In this document: piece by piece, positions 36,818 to 53,050 of the stretch
How positions within the stretch are numbered: the first letter of the stretch is position 1
Layout: each line of letters opens with the position of its first letter
Origin: Vitrella brassicaformis CCMP3155
Taxonomy: Eukaryota > Protista > Chromerida
Length of the DNA stretch: 64,000 bases
Assembly: GCA_001179505.1 (NCBI GenBank)
Contig: CDMY01000531.1
Span: forward strand, 1-64,000
Direction: 5' to 3'
Program-made: the position numbers and the translations under genes
The notes under the pieces: model-generated
Told to the model about the DNA's origin: nothing
What the model saw: the letters and a program-made list of their open reading frames with translations, nothing else
Databases searched by the model: none

Positions 36818-39800
36818 TCAGAGGGTCATCTCTGCTGCCGCATCGGTCCCATGAACGGCGGCTGGAACAGCACGCCGGCAGGGCGGCTGGCCGTCATCCG
36901 CTCACTCAGTGGAGACACAGCCTGCATAACACCGCCACACACCCCCCACACCCCCCACACACACACACCAGATCACTTGATGCAATGACTGGATGTGTGT
37001 GCGGTTTTCTACGATGGCCTTACCCGATGCTGGCTCGCCGTCGGCACATTGCGTGTGGTGGTGGTGGTGGTGGTGGTCATGTACTGCGGCACCCGTGCGC
37101 CCAGCGGCCCCGGCGCGACGCCGATGTAGCCCCCTCCGTGATGCAGACGCGCCGACGACACCGGCAGAGGCGACACACAACTGACAGACAACAAGACAAG
37201 ACACCACACACAAGACACACACACACACAAGCTGTCTCTTTCGGCTTCCCTTTCTACGTGCGACGTGTCCACCGACCGCATTAGGTTCTGAGCCATGTGT
37301 ATCTGAGCATGGCCTGGCCGGTGGCCGACGAAGGGCGTGATGGACCGGGGCAGAGCCTGTGGGCCGATCTGACCTACAGATGCAGTGGCTGCGGTGGCTG
37401 CTGGTGCTGGTGCTGCTGTGACGGGCATGGCATAGTGCTGGGGGTGTAGGTGGGGATGGTTGGTCGCGTGTGCGTGTGGGAATTGCCGCGTCTGGAAGGT
37501 CACTCCTGCCGTGGACGACGCCGGCTCAGGTGCAGCCTGACTGCTGTCACACAGACACAGACACATACAGCAGAGAGGACAGGACAGGCACACACAGTTT
37601 CTTCAGTCTCTCTTGAGGGTCGTAAGATTTTTCCACGATCCTACATGAAGGGTGCCTCCCATATCAGCCTCTGTGGCAGCCCTGCCCCATCAACACCCCT
37701 CTCGCCGACCCCCTGGCCCCCTGCTGCTGCCGCTGCCCCTGCCGCCCCTCCCCCCACACCCCTCGACATCGTGCCTTGCTCGACAACAGGCGCAGAGATC
37801 GACTTATCCCCCGACCCACCTGCCCCTCCCCCTCTCCCATCCAGCCCCCGAGGGACCAATGCTGCTGCCGCTGCTGCTGTTGCTGCTGCTGTTGCTGCCG
37901 CAAGCCGCTCCCTCTCGCCCCCTGGTGCAGGAAGTCGCTTCTTGTTGGTGGGCGACTTGGGCTGCTGGTGTCCCTTGTGTCGGGCTGTGGTCTTGGCGCC
38001 TGAAGAAGGGCTCTTCTGTGTGTGGGAGTCGGGCTGCTCGCGGCGACGAAGAGGGGTGGGGTAGCGGGGAGCCGGGGAGCTGCCTCGGTGTGCACCACCT
38101 GCAGCACAGACAGGAAAGGAGCCATGGGTGGGTGGCCTGGCATACCGGGAGGATTGTTGGTGCGTGCTCGTGTGTGTGTACCTTTGAATCTGAATGGCGA
38201 GTCTCCCCCTCCCCCTCCACCACCTGTGATGCCGCCATGCAAACGGCTCATTGGCGGGGCACCCAACGTCCCTCGTGTCATTGGCGGATTCGTACCAGGG
38301 GAAGGGAAGGGCAACATTCGTCGCCCCAGCGCCCCTCCCCCTTCCCGCACGGCCGCCCTCCCACCTATGGTCCCTCTCCCCGGCACCGGAAAGGCAGACG
38401 GCGACCGGTTGTTGGCCACTGCTGCCGCAGGACGATTGCCCCCCGCTGCTGGCGGGGACATGGCCCGACGCTGGGCGGCTACGGGGGACGGCAGGTTCGC
38501 GGTGCGTTTGCCCGCTTTGGTGTCTGGAGGTGGGGGACTGCCGCGAGCGCCAGCGCCGCCCGGCAGCAGCAGCTGGGGCGCCTTGGTCTTGGGTCGAGTG
38601 CCGGTGCCAGTGCGTGTGAGGTCCAGTGGGGAGAGGTTGCGCGCCTTCGACTGCGTGGGCCGGCCACCACCCCCACCCGCACCCACTCGTGGTGCCCCCA
38701 TCCGTATCGCGGGAGGGCTGCCCGACCTGGCGGCCACACGTCGCGGACGGCTCCCTGCTGACCCCGATGACGTCGTGGTGTCCTGGCCGCCCTCAAAGGA
38801 CAGGCTTGGTCGCTGCTGCTGCTGCTGCTGCTGGACGTCATGCTCGATCGGCAGATCACCCACAGGCAGCTCCACACCCACGGCCTGCTCGGCGTGGACA
38901 ATACCAGGCCGCGACGCAGGCCGAGGCGGGAGGAGGGCGTTGTGGTCGCTCTTCTGCGGCACTGTGGTGGTCTGTGTAGTGAGGGCGGCGCCAGCGGTTT
39001 TGTTGCTGGCGACCAGGATGCGCTGGACCACACTGGCGGGGCTGTCAGTGAGGGAATGGGAGTGTGAGGGGCCGGGGGTGGGCTGTGGCTGTGGGTGGGA
39101 GAGGGGGTGGTAGGTGTGCACCATCTGGGGAAGGGGGAAGCCTCGGGGCACCTGCAAACCAAGAGAGACGACTGTAGCCGATGCTGCAGGAAGGAGCATT
39201 GGGGTGTTTGTTGTTTGTGTATACCTGTGGAGGGATCTGTTGAGGGTGGCTGTGTGTGGCGTGCTGTGGATACTGCCGCTGCTGCTGCTGCTGCTGGTGC
39301 TGCTGCTGCTGGAATTGGTACTGCTGATACTGCTGGTGTTGGTGTGGCATCAACATGCCGGCAGCAGGTGGGAGTGAGTGAGCAGCAAAGAACCTCCCGC
39401 CATACGGCATCTGAGGCGGCGACTGCATACCACCAAGTAGTAGGGCAAGGAGGGTGGATGCACCAAGACACATGCTATGGTTGGCTGGCTGGCTGTAAAG
39501 GGTGCTTACCTGTGGCTCGCGCCGAGCGGGCGGCATGGGCAGTGCGTTGGTCGTGCGGGGAACGTTCCAAGTCGCATGCAGCCCACCCTGGCAAGCACAC
39601 ATAAAGAGACAGTGCAGTGCAGATTCATTCATTCATTCCCCTTCCGTCTCACTTGGTGTTGTTGCTGCATGGTAGACTGGTATGAGTTGTGTGGCTGCAT
39701 CGCCTGGCCCCCCTGCCCGCCGCCCTGCGACCCCTGAGACATCCACGACGCCGTACGCGGCAGACCCTCATTTTGCTGCTGCTGATGGCGCAGGTGGTGA

Positions 39801-42763
39801 GGCTGCTGATGGTGGTGGTGGTGGGGAAGGTGCCCGCCCAAAGGCGGTGGCGAGAGCACCGCCCCCCGCCCCCCGCCAATCCCGCCAAGCTTGGGCGCCA
39901 TGACGAGCGGCCCCTGGATCTTCATCTGCTCGGCAAATCGCCCCATGAGGCCTGCATCGGCATGCGAGGCGCCTTTGGGTGCTTTTGGTGTGGGAGCGGG
40001 GTGGGCCTGGGCGTCCTCCTCGACACGCGCCAGTCGTGGGTGGTATCTGGCGTGAGGGTGAGGGTGGGGGTGTGCGTGAGGTAGGGGCATGTGGCCGCTT
40101 TGCTGTGCTGATGCGAGTATGGCGCCTGAGGGTTTGTCCATGCGGCAGAGGTCGTGCATGTACTGGTTGTACTTCTCGGGGATCAGCGGCACCTCCTGCA
40201 GTGCAGTGAGGGGTGGGGGATGGGATGCAAGGAACCGAATCGCATCAGCCCTGTGTGGGGGTGGGTATCGGTCCCACAGCTCCCCGACTTACCTGTAGCA
40301 GCCGCCTAGCCCGGTGCCTTTTCTCTTGCTCGTCGCTCGTCGCTCTTCTGCGATCCTCACGACCACTGACACACACACACAGACAGACAGACAGACAGAC
40401 AAGCCAAAGAGGAGACACAGACGGTCCAATGCAATATCGCCTCCTTTTCCCGTTCGTGCCGCGCACCTCTCCTCTGGAGCATCGTCCTCCCTGCTGATGA
40501 GCGGTGGCGATCCTCTGTCGCTGAGTCCGGCCGACCCGCTGGAGTTGCTGTCGAACCGAAGGCGCTGCAGGTGCTCGGGGATGGCGTCCATCGTCTCGCG
40601 CGAGGCGTCACGAAGAAACGGATGGTTCAGGGCATCTTGCACGCTCCTGCAAGGCAGCCATACACACTCACGCACACACAGACTGCCCGCCTCTACGTGG
40701 GTTTGTGTGTGTGTTGGGGTTTACATCCGCCGTGGGGCTTCCACTTGGAGCAGCCGCATGATGAAGTCTGAAAAAAGGGGAGAAAGAAGGAGGAGCACAG
40801 GACGGCGCAGAGAGTGGTGGCGGCCCACTGGGTGCGGTTGGTGTGCTGTGTGTGTGTGTGTGTGTGTAGGTACCCTTCGCGGCCGGGCTGAGACGGTCTT
40901 GCACGCCCAGACGCTGAAACACGCGCTCATGGTGGCCTGCAGCCATGCACACACACACGCACACACACAGGGAGAGAGGAGAGAATTCCATCTCAACTAC
41001 TTCCGATATCTCCCTTGTGTGTGGATGTGACCGGCGCGGAAGTCGGGCCACCTCCAGTCATCCCGGGGATGATCAGTGGGATGAGCATTCTGACAGGGAA
41101 GAGAAGAAACTGTGTGTGTGGTCTCTCTCTTCGTCTGTCTGTCTGTCTGTGTATGCACGTCGAAGAGTTCGATTGCGAAGAGGAGGTAGAAGGTCGACCA
41201 GCCGAGACACCAGCTGTCCACACGACTGGCGAAGTACGGAATCCCCTGCACACCACCAACCACCACACACACAGACATTCATGCATGACGCACACGTGCG
41301 TGGTGGGTGTGGGGGTGGCAAGACCGACCTCGCGGTGCACTTCGGGCGGTCTGAACTTCTTGCCGATGCAGCCCCGGTAGTCGACAGGCACCTCAACGCC
41401 GTTCGGAGCCATGAGGAAGCGCACAGCCTGACCCACACACCGCATCCATCACACACATCACACAGCAGGCCAATGGCACTGTGCTCAGTGAGTGGGCAGT
41501 CGGACGTACCTGTCCTGGGTCGCAGATGCGCACGTGGTACTTGCCATCGGGTGTGAGGAACAGCAGACAGTTCTCCAGGCTAAAATCTTGCATCGCCAAA
41601 CCTGATTGATGCAGCAGTACCGACAGACAGACACATGGTGAGTGAGTGTTGTGTGTGGAGGAGGAGCGTGTTGTGCGCGTTGTCTTGTGCGTGCCCTGTG
41701 AGTGCAGGAAAGCGAGCCCCTCAGTGGCCTGCCGGAGGAAGGTGCGAGCATACTCCTCCGGCAGACCGCACTTGTGCTTCTTCAACTGCACCCACCATCA
41801 GCACCAGCCACACACAGAGAGAGAGAGAGAGAGTCAGTCCGTCTTTCCAGGCATGCACGCCGCCCTTGAGCGTTAGTTCATCCAGCTGACCAGTTCGAGA
41901 AGGTCATCTCCCGTGGCAAGGTCACTCACCACGAAATGGCACTTCTCGTCCTCAAACACCTCGCTAACGGCACGTATGACACACACACACACGCCGTGCA
42001 CCCCATGTCATTATTATACGTCGTGTGGCTGCTGGTCTGATCCACCCCTCACCCACCCACCGGATGGACATGACATGTGGGTGCCCCTGGAGCAGGCGCG
42101 CGAAGAACACCTCGGCCAAGGGGGTCTCGGGCAGCTGTCGGTCCTTCTCCTTCTTGCCTATCAGGTCCTGCACACCACACACAGCCATGATATGACCACG
42201 ATCTGGTCTGGTGCTGCTGCGGTGGTGCCTTTGGTGGTCAGACTTGCCGACCGACCTTGTGTAGGACTTTGATGGCCACATCGTCGGTGGTGACGTTGCC
42301 GACGCCCTTACACACCTTCCCATACAAACACGACTGCACACACACACACACACACCGCCGGTAAGACGCATCACAGAACCGCAGAAACACATGCATGGGT
42401 CGCACACCACACACTGCAAACGCCGTTTCTGGCAGGCAGACCTGGAGGACTTTCTTGATGGTGTACTCTTCTATCCCGCCATAGATCACCCTCTCGAGCA
42501 GATTCTTCTCCTTGAGCTCCTCAGGCTCCTCCTCCTCAACAACAACCAACTCTGACAATGATGAATGACGACCGAAAAACAGAAATTTTGAACCTCGCCA
42601 TAGCGTCTGCCATTCCTGCGAGGTTCTCTGCCTTACCATGCATTGGTACGTTGCTGCCAAGGGCATGGTAACCATGATAATGATAGTGGAACGGCACTGG
42701 GAGTGGCGGATGCAGTTGTGGATGCGGAAAGTACTGCGCAAACGGGGCGCCGCCTATCATCAT
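36818..42763 (-). CDS. Ser/Thr protein kinase (CAMK-like, non-canonical motifs) with long His/Gln/Pro-rich tail
   Basis: LQ|SCLYGKV, DVAIKVLHK, PLAEV, GHPHV, LAFLHSQG|LAMQDFSLEN, ICDPGQ, FRPPE, DSWCLG, QDALNHPFL. Many low-complexity 3' exons were joined in phase down to QQMTL* at 36818. Confidence 0.88.
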
Positions 42764-43423
42764 GTTGTCACTGGCGGCATGCGATGATGGAATCCGCGCA
42801 CTCTCCCCGACCCATCGGCGAGCTAAAAAGCTCACGATCCACTGTAAACGGAACGGCGGCGGCACATGACAGGCTGTGGCTAGATCCAGTAAAGCAAAGT
42901 AAAGTAATCTGGCGGCGGCAATGGAAAAAATTGTTGAAACAGCACCCCTGTCATCACCTCTCGAGTGAGTCCATTCACACAATCGCCAATGGCATTCATT
43001 CGTTGATGCACTCAATCCAACCAACAGCGGTGCTGGCCGTCTCGTCTAATTGAGCACCAGTGCATGGCATGCCCTCACCCACCTCCTCCCCCAGGCCACG
43101 CCATTCCATTGCACGTGTCACTCACTCATCTGGACAGGTATCCACAGAAAAAGGGCACACGCCGACCGAGGTCACGCCATGGCATGGACAGCGAAGCCAA
43201 GCGACACGAGCTGCCGTGCCCGTCTGTCTGTCTGCACGATGCCTGTGGCATTCATTGGACCGTTCACTAGTTATTCACAGCAGATGGAAGGGGAGCGGGG
43301 AGGAACAGAGGGAAGGAGGGAGGGGCAGGACAAGACAGAGAGGGAGGGAGAGAGAGATGCAGGAGGGAGGCAGATAAACAGGCGAAAAGAACCCGAAGAC
43401 ATGGGGATCGTTTCTTGGTTCGG

Positions 43424-46089
<2,666 letters not shown>

Positions 46090-46426
46090 GGTGGCTTCAC
46101 AGGCACTGCCTCACCGATCAGCAAGCACCGGACGCCTCGTCACAGCCCGTGACGAGTCAGAGGCCGATTTTTCTGCTTTTTCTTGCTGTTTGAAAGAGGT
46201 CACAAGCTCCTAGCACTGCTTCCTGTCCGCGACGAACCTCAAGGTCAAAACGGACCCGGCAGCAGCGGTTCAACTTGCGAGCTAATCTTGCTGGCGGATC
46301 GGCACTGTCTTCGGCGTCGCGCAACTTTCTGAGCTTGTTGTCGTGCTTAGAACATCGCCTCTCACAGCCCTGTGTTGTAGACATCGAAACACGACTCTTC
46401 AGCCTCCATTTGTAGCGTTGCGAACG

Positions 46427-47812
46427 ATGCCTGTGGACCACTCGCACACGAACGGCACCCACCCCAACGGTGTGCCTCCCGTCAACGGCACAGGGGAGGG
46501 CGCGGCCAATGGTCACGGCGTGAGCAGGTCGACGCCCCGCGTCAAGGAGGGCCTGGCGCAGATGCTCAAGGGCGGCGTCATCATGGACGTCATGAACCCC
46601 GAACAGGCCAAGATCGCCGAAGAGGCTGGGGCCTGCGCGGTGAGCTCAGGGGAGGGAGGGAGGGACAGACACACGGCTTGGTGTTTTGGTGTGAGCGATG
46701 ACGTGACGGGGTGTCTACCTTCTGTGTGCTCTGTGGTGTGTGGTTGCTCAGGTGATGGCGCTGGAGAAGATCCCGGCTGACATCCGCGGCAGTGGCGGTG
46801 TGGCGCGCATGAGCGACCCAGGCATGATAGAGGAGATCATGGCTGCCGTGAGCATCCCCGTGATGGCCAAGTGCCGCATCGGACATTTTGTGGAGGCGCA
46901 GATCCTCGAGGAGCTCGGCGTCGACTACGTCGACGAGAGCGAGGTGCTCACCATCGCCGATGAGGACAACCACATCGACAAGACAAAATTCAATGTATGT
47001 CAGATGGGATGACCAGACGGACCAGCCAGCTGTGTGACGATTGTTTGTGTGTGTGTGTGTGGTTGGTGCAGGTGCCTTTTGTGTGTGGGTGCCGTAACCT
47101 CGGTGAGGCGTTGAGGCGGATCGGCGAGGGTGCGTCGATGATCCGCACCAAGGGCGAGGCGGGCACTGGCAACGTCGTCGAGGCCGTCAGACACATGCGG
47201 TACCGACCGACCGACACACACACGCGCCATAGGCACCCAAACACCGCTGTGCTCCATTCGTTCAGCACTGTGAAGCGCGAGATAGCGATGTTGAAGGCGA
47301 TGGATGAGGACGAGATCTACACGTTCGCCAAGAAGATCCAGGCCCCCCTCGAGCTCGTCCGCGAGACACGCGCCAAGGGCAGACTGCCCGTCGTCAACTT
47401 CGCCGCGGGAGGCGTGGCCACGCCCGCTGGTCAGACAACCAACCAACCACACAACCGCCCTCCCTCCCTGTCGCCTCATCTGTGTGTGTGGTTTACTCTG
47501 TGTTGTGTGTGTGTGGATGGTTCAGATGCGGCCATGTGCATGCAGCTGGGTGTCGATGGTGTGTTCGTTGGCTCTGGCATCTTCAAGTCGGGCAATCCCG
47601 CGAAGCGCGCCAAGGCGATAGTGCAGGCCGTGACGCACTACAAGGACCCCAAGGTGCTGGCCGAGGTGAGCCGGGACCTGGGAGAGGCCATGGTGGGCAT
47701 CAACTGCGAGCACCTGGAGCAGAGGTGGGCTGAGAGGGAGGGCGGCAGCACCGTCGCCAAGCCCAAGACACACAGCACGCAGCCATGGGAGGATTTTAAA
47801 GTGCACGCATGA
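46427..47812 (+). CDS. PDX1: Pyridoxal 5'-phosphate synthase subunit PDX1/SNZ
   Basis: [82 protein letters not shown]|[14 protein letters not shown]. Confidence 0.97.
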
Positions 47813-49311
47813 CGAACGTGAGGGCGGGGAGGGTCCATTCCGTGAATGTGTGTGTGTGCACCTGATGTGGAGAGAGTGCAGTTTGTTGCCGTGCTGGTGT
47901 GTTAGCATGTGGGTTTTGGACCAAGTACGGTTGAGAGGGAGGGATTTTGAGGTGCCGTGAACGGGTGCATGTTTGCATGTCTGTGCTGCTGCGGACGTGC
48001 TCTGAGTCAAGCGAATGTGTGGGCGAAGGGCCTAAGCTCCTTTTTCCGTCCCTGGGCCCGTCCCTCGTGGATTGCTTGCCTGCTTGCTCTACTCTGCTCG
48101 GATGGGATGCTGCGAGGCAGATCTCTCTCTGAAGAATGGCGTGGTGTGGTGTGATGCGTGTCACGGCAGGCTGCACAGCAGCCTTCGCGCGCATGAAGAC
48201 AAGACACAGACAGACAGACGGTGCTGATCGCTGATGCGAAACTGGCATCATGGTGGTGTGGTGATGCATGGACTTGCTTGATGGATGGATGGATGATGCC
48301 TTTTATTGCCTTGTGATGGCGGTGGATGGTGGGGGGACGAATCGGATCACCCATGAATTTTTCTCCCCTTATCCTCGCCACTCACTCAGTGACCTCCACC
48401 ACCTACCTATTTGTCCAAACCCCCACGCACTCGTACACGTCACACGTACCTCCTCACTCCTCCTGACTGGTTGATGGTTCCTTCTCTTTGCTAAGGCTGG
48501 TGTGTCAAGTATGTCCTGGTCTGTCGTCGCGGGGACACACCCCTTGTGTGGACCAAGGGTCGTGTCGCCGTGACGGCGGCCGGTGGCATGGATGGCACAC
48601 AAGCCTTAGCAAATGCAGAGGATGGGCGCTGACACGGAAACTATTTCACTCGTGCATTCGAGGCGGCGACGATTTTTTCGCCAGCTCCTGTGACAGCCGA
48701 CGACGCCGAGCTGGTGCGTGGACTGCAGCGGCTATCTCTGGCTGGCTTTGCTTTGGCTTTCCGTCGTGCGTGAAATCGCTGCTGGTTGGACGAGCTCGTC
48801 GAACGGCTTTTTTTCGTTGACTCAGTCGTGCTGCCGTCCGCACACATGCACATGAACGTGACTGTATGCTGGGGAAGAATCAGTCGCACGCACCCACACC
48901 ACACCAGTCGACTCAAAAGGCGTCCCCTCCGCCACACTCTACACATAAAATCAGAGCCCTCACTCTCACCACGTCACATGCCTACCTACTACGGAGCCAT
49001 CTTCTCGTTGCGTCCACCGTGATGGCCTGACAACCACGAGGGAGATTGGTCATCCTGTCCCCAAGGAATGGGCCAGAAACCAATACCCGCAAGCTCTCGT
49101 CAGGCAAGCACAGCGAACACAGCCGAGGAAGCCCCACACACCACACCACAACACAACACAACACAACACAGCTCTCGACCTCTCCCTCTCCACTAGATAC
49201 AATCGACACGCTCACTCACTCAGTCACTCAGTCACTCACCACATCGATCAACACACCCCTCTCCCTGTCCCGCTCCCTCCGCCCGTCCGTCGCTTTCACC
49301 CGTCGGTCCCA

Positions 49312-49479
49312 TCACCTCAGCAGGTCGTCGTCTCTGTTGCGCAGCTCCAGCCCCCAGGGATTCCACCAGGTCTTCTCCTTGCGCCGCTTCTCCTCCAACT
49401 CCCTCTCCTTACGCAGACGCCGCTCCAAGATCTCCAGCTGCAGCTCCTCCTCAAGACTCAACGACCCTAATGGATGGAC

Positions 49480-49515
<36 letters not shown>

Positions 49516-50045
49516 AACCACCACCACCAGCTGCCGACTGCCTGCCTGCCTGGGTGGGTGGGTGGGTGGGTGGTTGGCTGACCTGTCATGCGTTTGACTC
49601 TGAGGGAATTCCGCTTGACGAGGTTCTGCCGCCTCTCCTCTCGCTTCCGCTGCACGTACACGCCGTTGGCCCAGAAAGCCAACACCACACCAAAACACGA
49701 GGCCGCAGCCACCGCCACCTTCGGGTCAGCCTGCACACGAACAAACAGACACAGCCATCCAGATGTAGTTAACTGAACCGCATGCATAATGTGATGAGTG
49801 AGAACCGCTCTCACCCGCGGCACGAATTCGTCGACCATCATCGGGGTGATGCTGCGCGACCACGGCGATGGCGACACTCTCAGTGGCGGCCTTCTGCAGG
49901 GCCTCAAGGCAAGCGGGCGGCTCACGAAAGAAGCGACAGACTGAGTCACCATCTGCTGCTGCTGTTGTGTCTGCTGCTGCTGCAGCGCTGCGGCTCTTCG
50001 GCTGATGAAGCTGACTGCCGCCCAGAGCCAGACATACTGCAGCAT
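49312..50045 (-). CDS. Small plastid-targeted single-TM protein with basic coiled-coil tail
   Basis: MLQYVWLWAAVSFISRRAAA signal, Ser/Arg/Pro transit region (VASFVSRP), TM VAVAAASCFGVVLAFWA, tail EEELQLEILERRLRKERE..WWNPWG. 3 exons. Confidence 0.65.
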
Positions 50046-50283
50046 CCTCCATGGCTTCCGCGCGGCGGATGAGCCGACAGCGAGAGAGATCATCATCCGA
50101 GGACACCAATGAAAACACTGGTGCCAGATGTGGTGGAAGGGCAGTGCTTTAGGCTGCGGGCAAAAGCCTTCCTCCTTCAATGCTAAGCTCGCAGGGGATC
50201 GGCGGGAGAAAAACTCGAAGTGATGAAGATCTGTTGCTGTGGCGTGCTTCTGGCCGTTCCTCTGCCTTAAATCTGTCGAAAGG

Positions 50284-51326
50284 ATGGCTTCAAGTGGCGC
50301 TTCTGCAGCGTCGAGCGCTCCCACTCGAGGCCAGAGGGCGCCGACATTCAGAACGACGTTCGACTCGCCTTGGAGGATACAGTGGTACTGACACAACACA
50401 AAACAGAAACAAGAACAAGGAGGCGATGGGCGGGTGTCTGTGCCATGCCATCCAGGTCTGTGTTGGATGCCAAGAAGACCGAGCAGATCTCCAGGGCCCT
50501 GCAGAGGTCAGGCAGGCACGATCATGGTCCCTGACCATGCACTCATCTCATGTAGACAATTGTATGCATTCTCTCGTCAGTACCGTGCGTGATGTCAAGC
50601 AGCGCGACAAGTCTGCCAAGAGTGTTTTCCTGGTGGGCATCAACCATGTCACACGGGCGCTCGAGAGAGGAGCCTGCGCCGCTGTGATTGTCGGGCGAGA
50701 CAGCGAGTGAGCAGACACACAAGGGGAGGGCGTGATGGGTCGGCGGGGATGACGTGTCGGATGGGTGCATTGTGGGTGGGTGCGTCAGGTACACGGCGCT
50801 GGTGCAGCATCTGCCCGTGCAGGCAGCTCTGGCGGACGTGCCGTGTGTCATCCTGCCAAAGAGGTCAGCCAGATCCAACACACACGCTCACACGTTCACA
50901 CGCTCACCGCGTGTTTGCCTGCCTGCCTGCAGCCTCCCTCTTCGCGAGGCTTTCCTGCTCCCCCGTGTGCTCGCAGTCGGCCTACGATCCCCCTCACACA
51001 ACGAAGCGGCCGCCCCATCCCCATCCCCATCCCCACCTCAGCCCCACCCTCCCTCAGTGCAGCAGCTGCTGAGGACCATCCAGCAGCTGGCCCAGCCGCT
51101 GCAGACGCCTTTCCTGCCCCCCTCTCAGGCATCGGCATCGGCCAGCAAGGCGGTCCTGCACCAGATCCAGTTGAGTCAGCAGGTGACGTCGGCCTATCTG
51201 CCGAATGTCAAGGCGCACCGGCGCGACGAACGGCGAAGGATGCGGCGGAAGAGAAGAAGGGAGGAGAGGGAGCGGGGAGCTGGGGGTGAGGGGTCGGGCG
51301 CTGCTGTTGATAGTATGAGGTTGTGA
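50284..51326 (+). CDS. RPP38: RNase P/MRP subunit RPP38/POP3-like, L7Ae family
   Basis: FRTTFDSPWRIQW|SVLDAK resembles the RPP38 N-terminal motif (from memory). L7Ae core VGINHVTRALERG..VIVGRD..LVQHLP..ADVP..VLAVGL and a basic C-tail. Confidence 0.75.
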
Positions 51327-51483
51327 GTTCCAGCGGTGGGATGAGTGTGTCGGTCTGTCCATATGTGAGAGCTCGTCCATCCATCCATCCACCAGTGCAG
51401 TCTGCCTATGTAGTTTTGTTCTGTCCTTCATTGATCCTGCGCACACGCACCGCCCTCGTTGCAGGTCGGTGGCCGCCGACGTG

Positions 51484-53050
51484 CTAACGAATCCGGGCGA
51501 GTCTGTGAAGGAGCCGAGCGAGTCTGTCCTCCACAGACTCGCCTTGATTCGTGAGCACGTCAGCGGCCACGCACTTGGCGTCTGCAAAAAGAATGCACGC
51601 GTGAGTGATAGTGGTGGTGTCAAGGTCAATCCTGATTACCCGCCAGATTGTCTGCGTTCACACATTCGAACAGATACACTCATGGCTTTATGTGTGTGTG
51701 TGCCATTCATTGTGTGGGCGGTCGGTGCTCTTGATGGTGGCATGATGATAAGCAGGCGGCGGCCTCGACCCACTTTAGCGTGGATGACTATGTGGTCCAT
51801 TCAGTCACGCACGCATGTCAACATGACATGTGGCAAATACAACAACAACAGTCAAAGGCGATTCTTACCCAGACAGACACTCCAACACCCCACCCCCACC
51901 ACCAAGACACACAAAACCACACACACACCCCCAGCGCAAACTCACGCCCCGGCCATGTACTCGTCGAGGAGCTGATTGCGGAGGTGCCGACGGGCCTGCA
52001 CGCAGAGACCGACACGCAGACAACCAAGGGCGAAATACACGCACGAAGATAGCTTTGTGTGTGCGGCGAATTCACTCACCTTGTCCCTGCAGTAGGCTAT
52101 GTTCTCTGGTTTTGCTGTCCTTGTCGCCCTTGATGAGCTCCTCCACACGCCATGGTAGACGATGCGTGTATGTCTCTGCGTGTCTTGATTGATGGCGGAC
52201 GCACTTGGTCTCGAAGTCCTCTACCTCCTCTCTGACCTGAGTACGTCACGGCTGGACAGTGAGCCATGAGGCACATTAACGTGGGTACACATGTGTCAGT
52301 GCGCGTGTGCGTATCGCTTACAGGCCGCCGACCGTGCACTTCTTGGCCAGGTGCGCCAGGCTCTGCATCAGCCGCTGCAGCTCACTCTCCCGCCTCTCCA
52401 ACTTCTCGCGCAGCGCTCGCCCCTCTCCATCATCCCTCGCCCCTTCCGCCCCCATGACCACCTCCGCCCCGCCCGCCCGTCTGCTTCCATCTTGACACGG
52501 CCCTTGTCCGGCTCTCCACGCCCGTGATGGTACGCGACGGCTCGCGTATCTCCTCGTCGTCGCTGAGCTGGTCAGTGGTGATGAAGCGGGACCTCTTGCC
52601 GGGCCGCTGGTCGTCGGGCGCCTCCCTCTTGACCCCCACTGACGATGACGATGAGCCAGAGGGGCGGCCAGGGACATCGGTGTCCTCCATCTTGACCTCT
52701 GTGTTGCCCTCTTGCTGGTGCAGCTTCGACAGGAAGTCTTGCAGCGCCTTCTCGGGGTCACGACCTGCAGAAGCCAGACAGCAGGGGCACCCCTTTCGAT
52801 GAGAGTTTCGGTCATGGTGACGGCCAGTTCTTGTACCAGTGGATGTGTTTGTGGGGATTCGAGCATCGCAGATCCATCATTCCCCTCCTTCCTCTCTGAT
52901 CGCTGCGAGCCTGGCAAGGGAGAGCGACGGGCTGTGGTTGCGGCGGCTGCTGATCAGCGCTGCCTTTGCGACTGCTGCTTGCCACTGCTTGCCGCACGAG
53001 ACCTCCCGAACGCTGAACCTCTCAGGTGAGCGGCAGCCGTGGCGCAGCAA
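51484..53050 (-). CDS. Hypothetical, possibly decaying multi-exon gene (lineage-specific family)
   Basis: Coding-like exons ETLIERG|RDPEKALQDFLSKL..EVKMEDTD..KREAPDD, REKLERRESELQRL, ARRHLRNQLLDEYM. Frames cannot all be joined cleanly and one donor reads ATGAAT. Confidence 0.4.

Noticed and set aside
37652-39604. Long plus-strand ORFs (369, 363 and 169 aa)
   Set aside because: Antisense shadows of the GC-rich, low-complexity kinase exons.
48640-48780. Coding-looking fragment FEAATIFSPAPVTADDAELVRGLQRLSL
   Set aside because: It has a stop upstream, no start or splice acceptor, and is too short to support.
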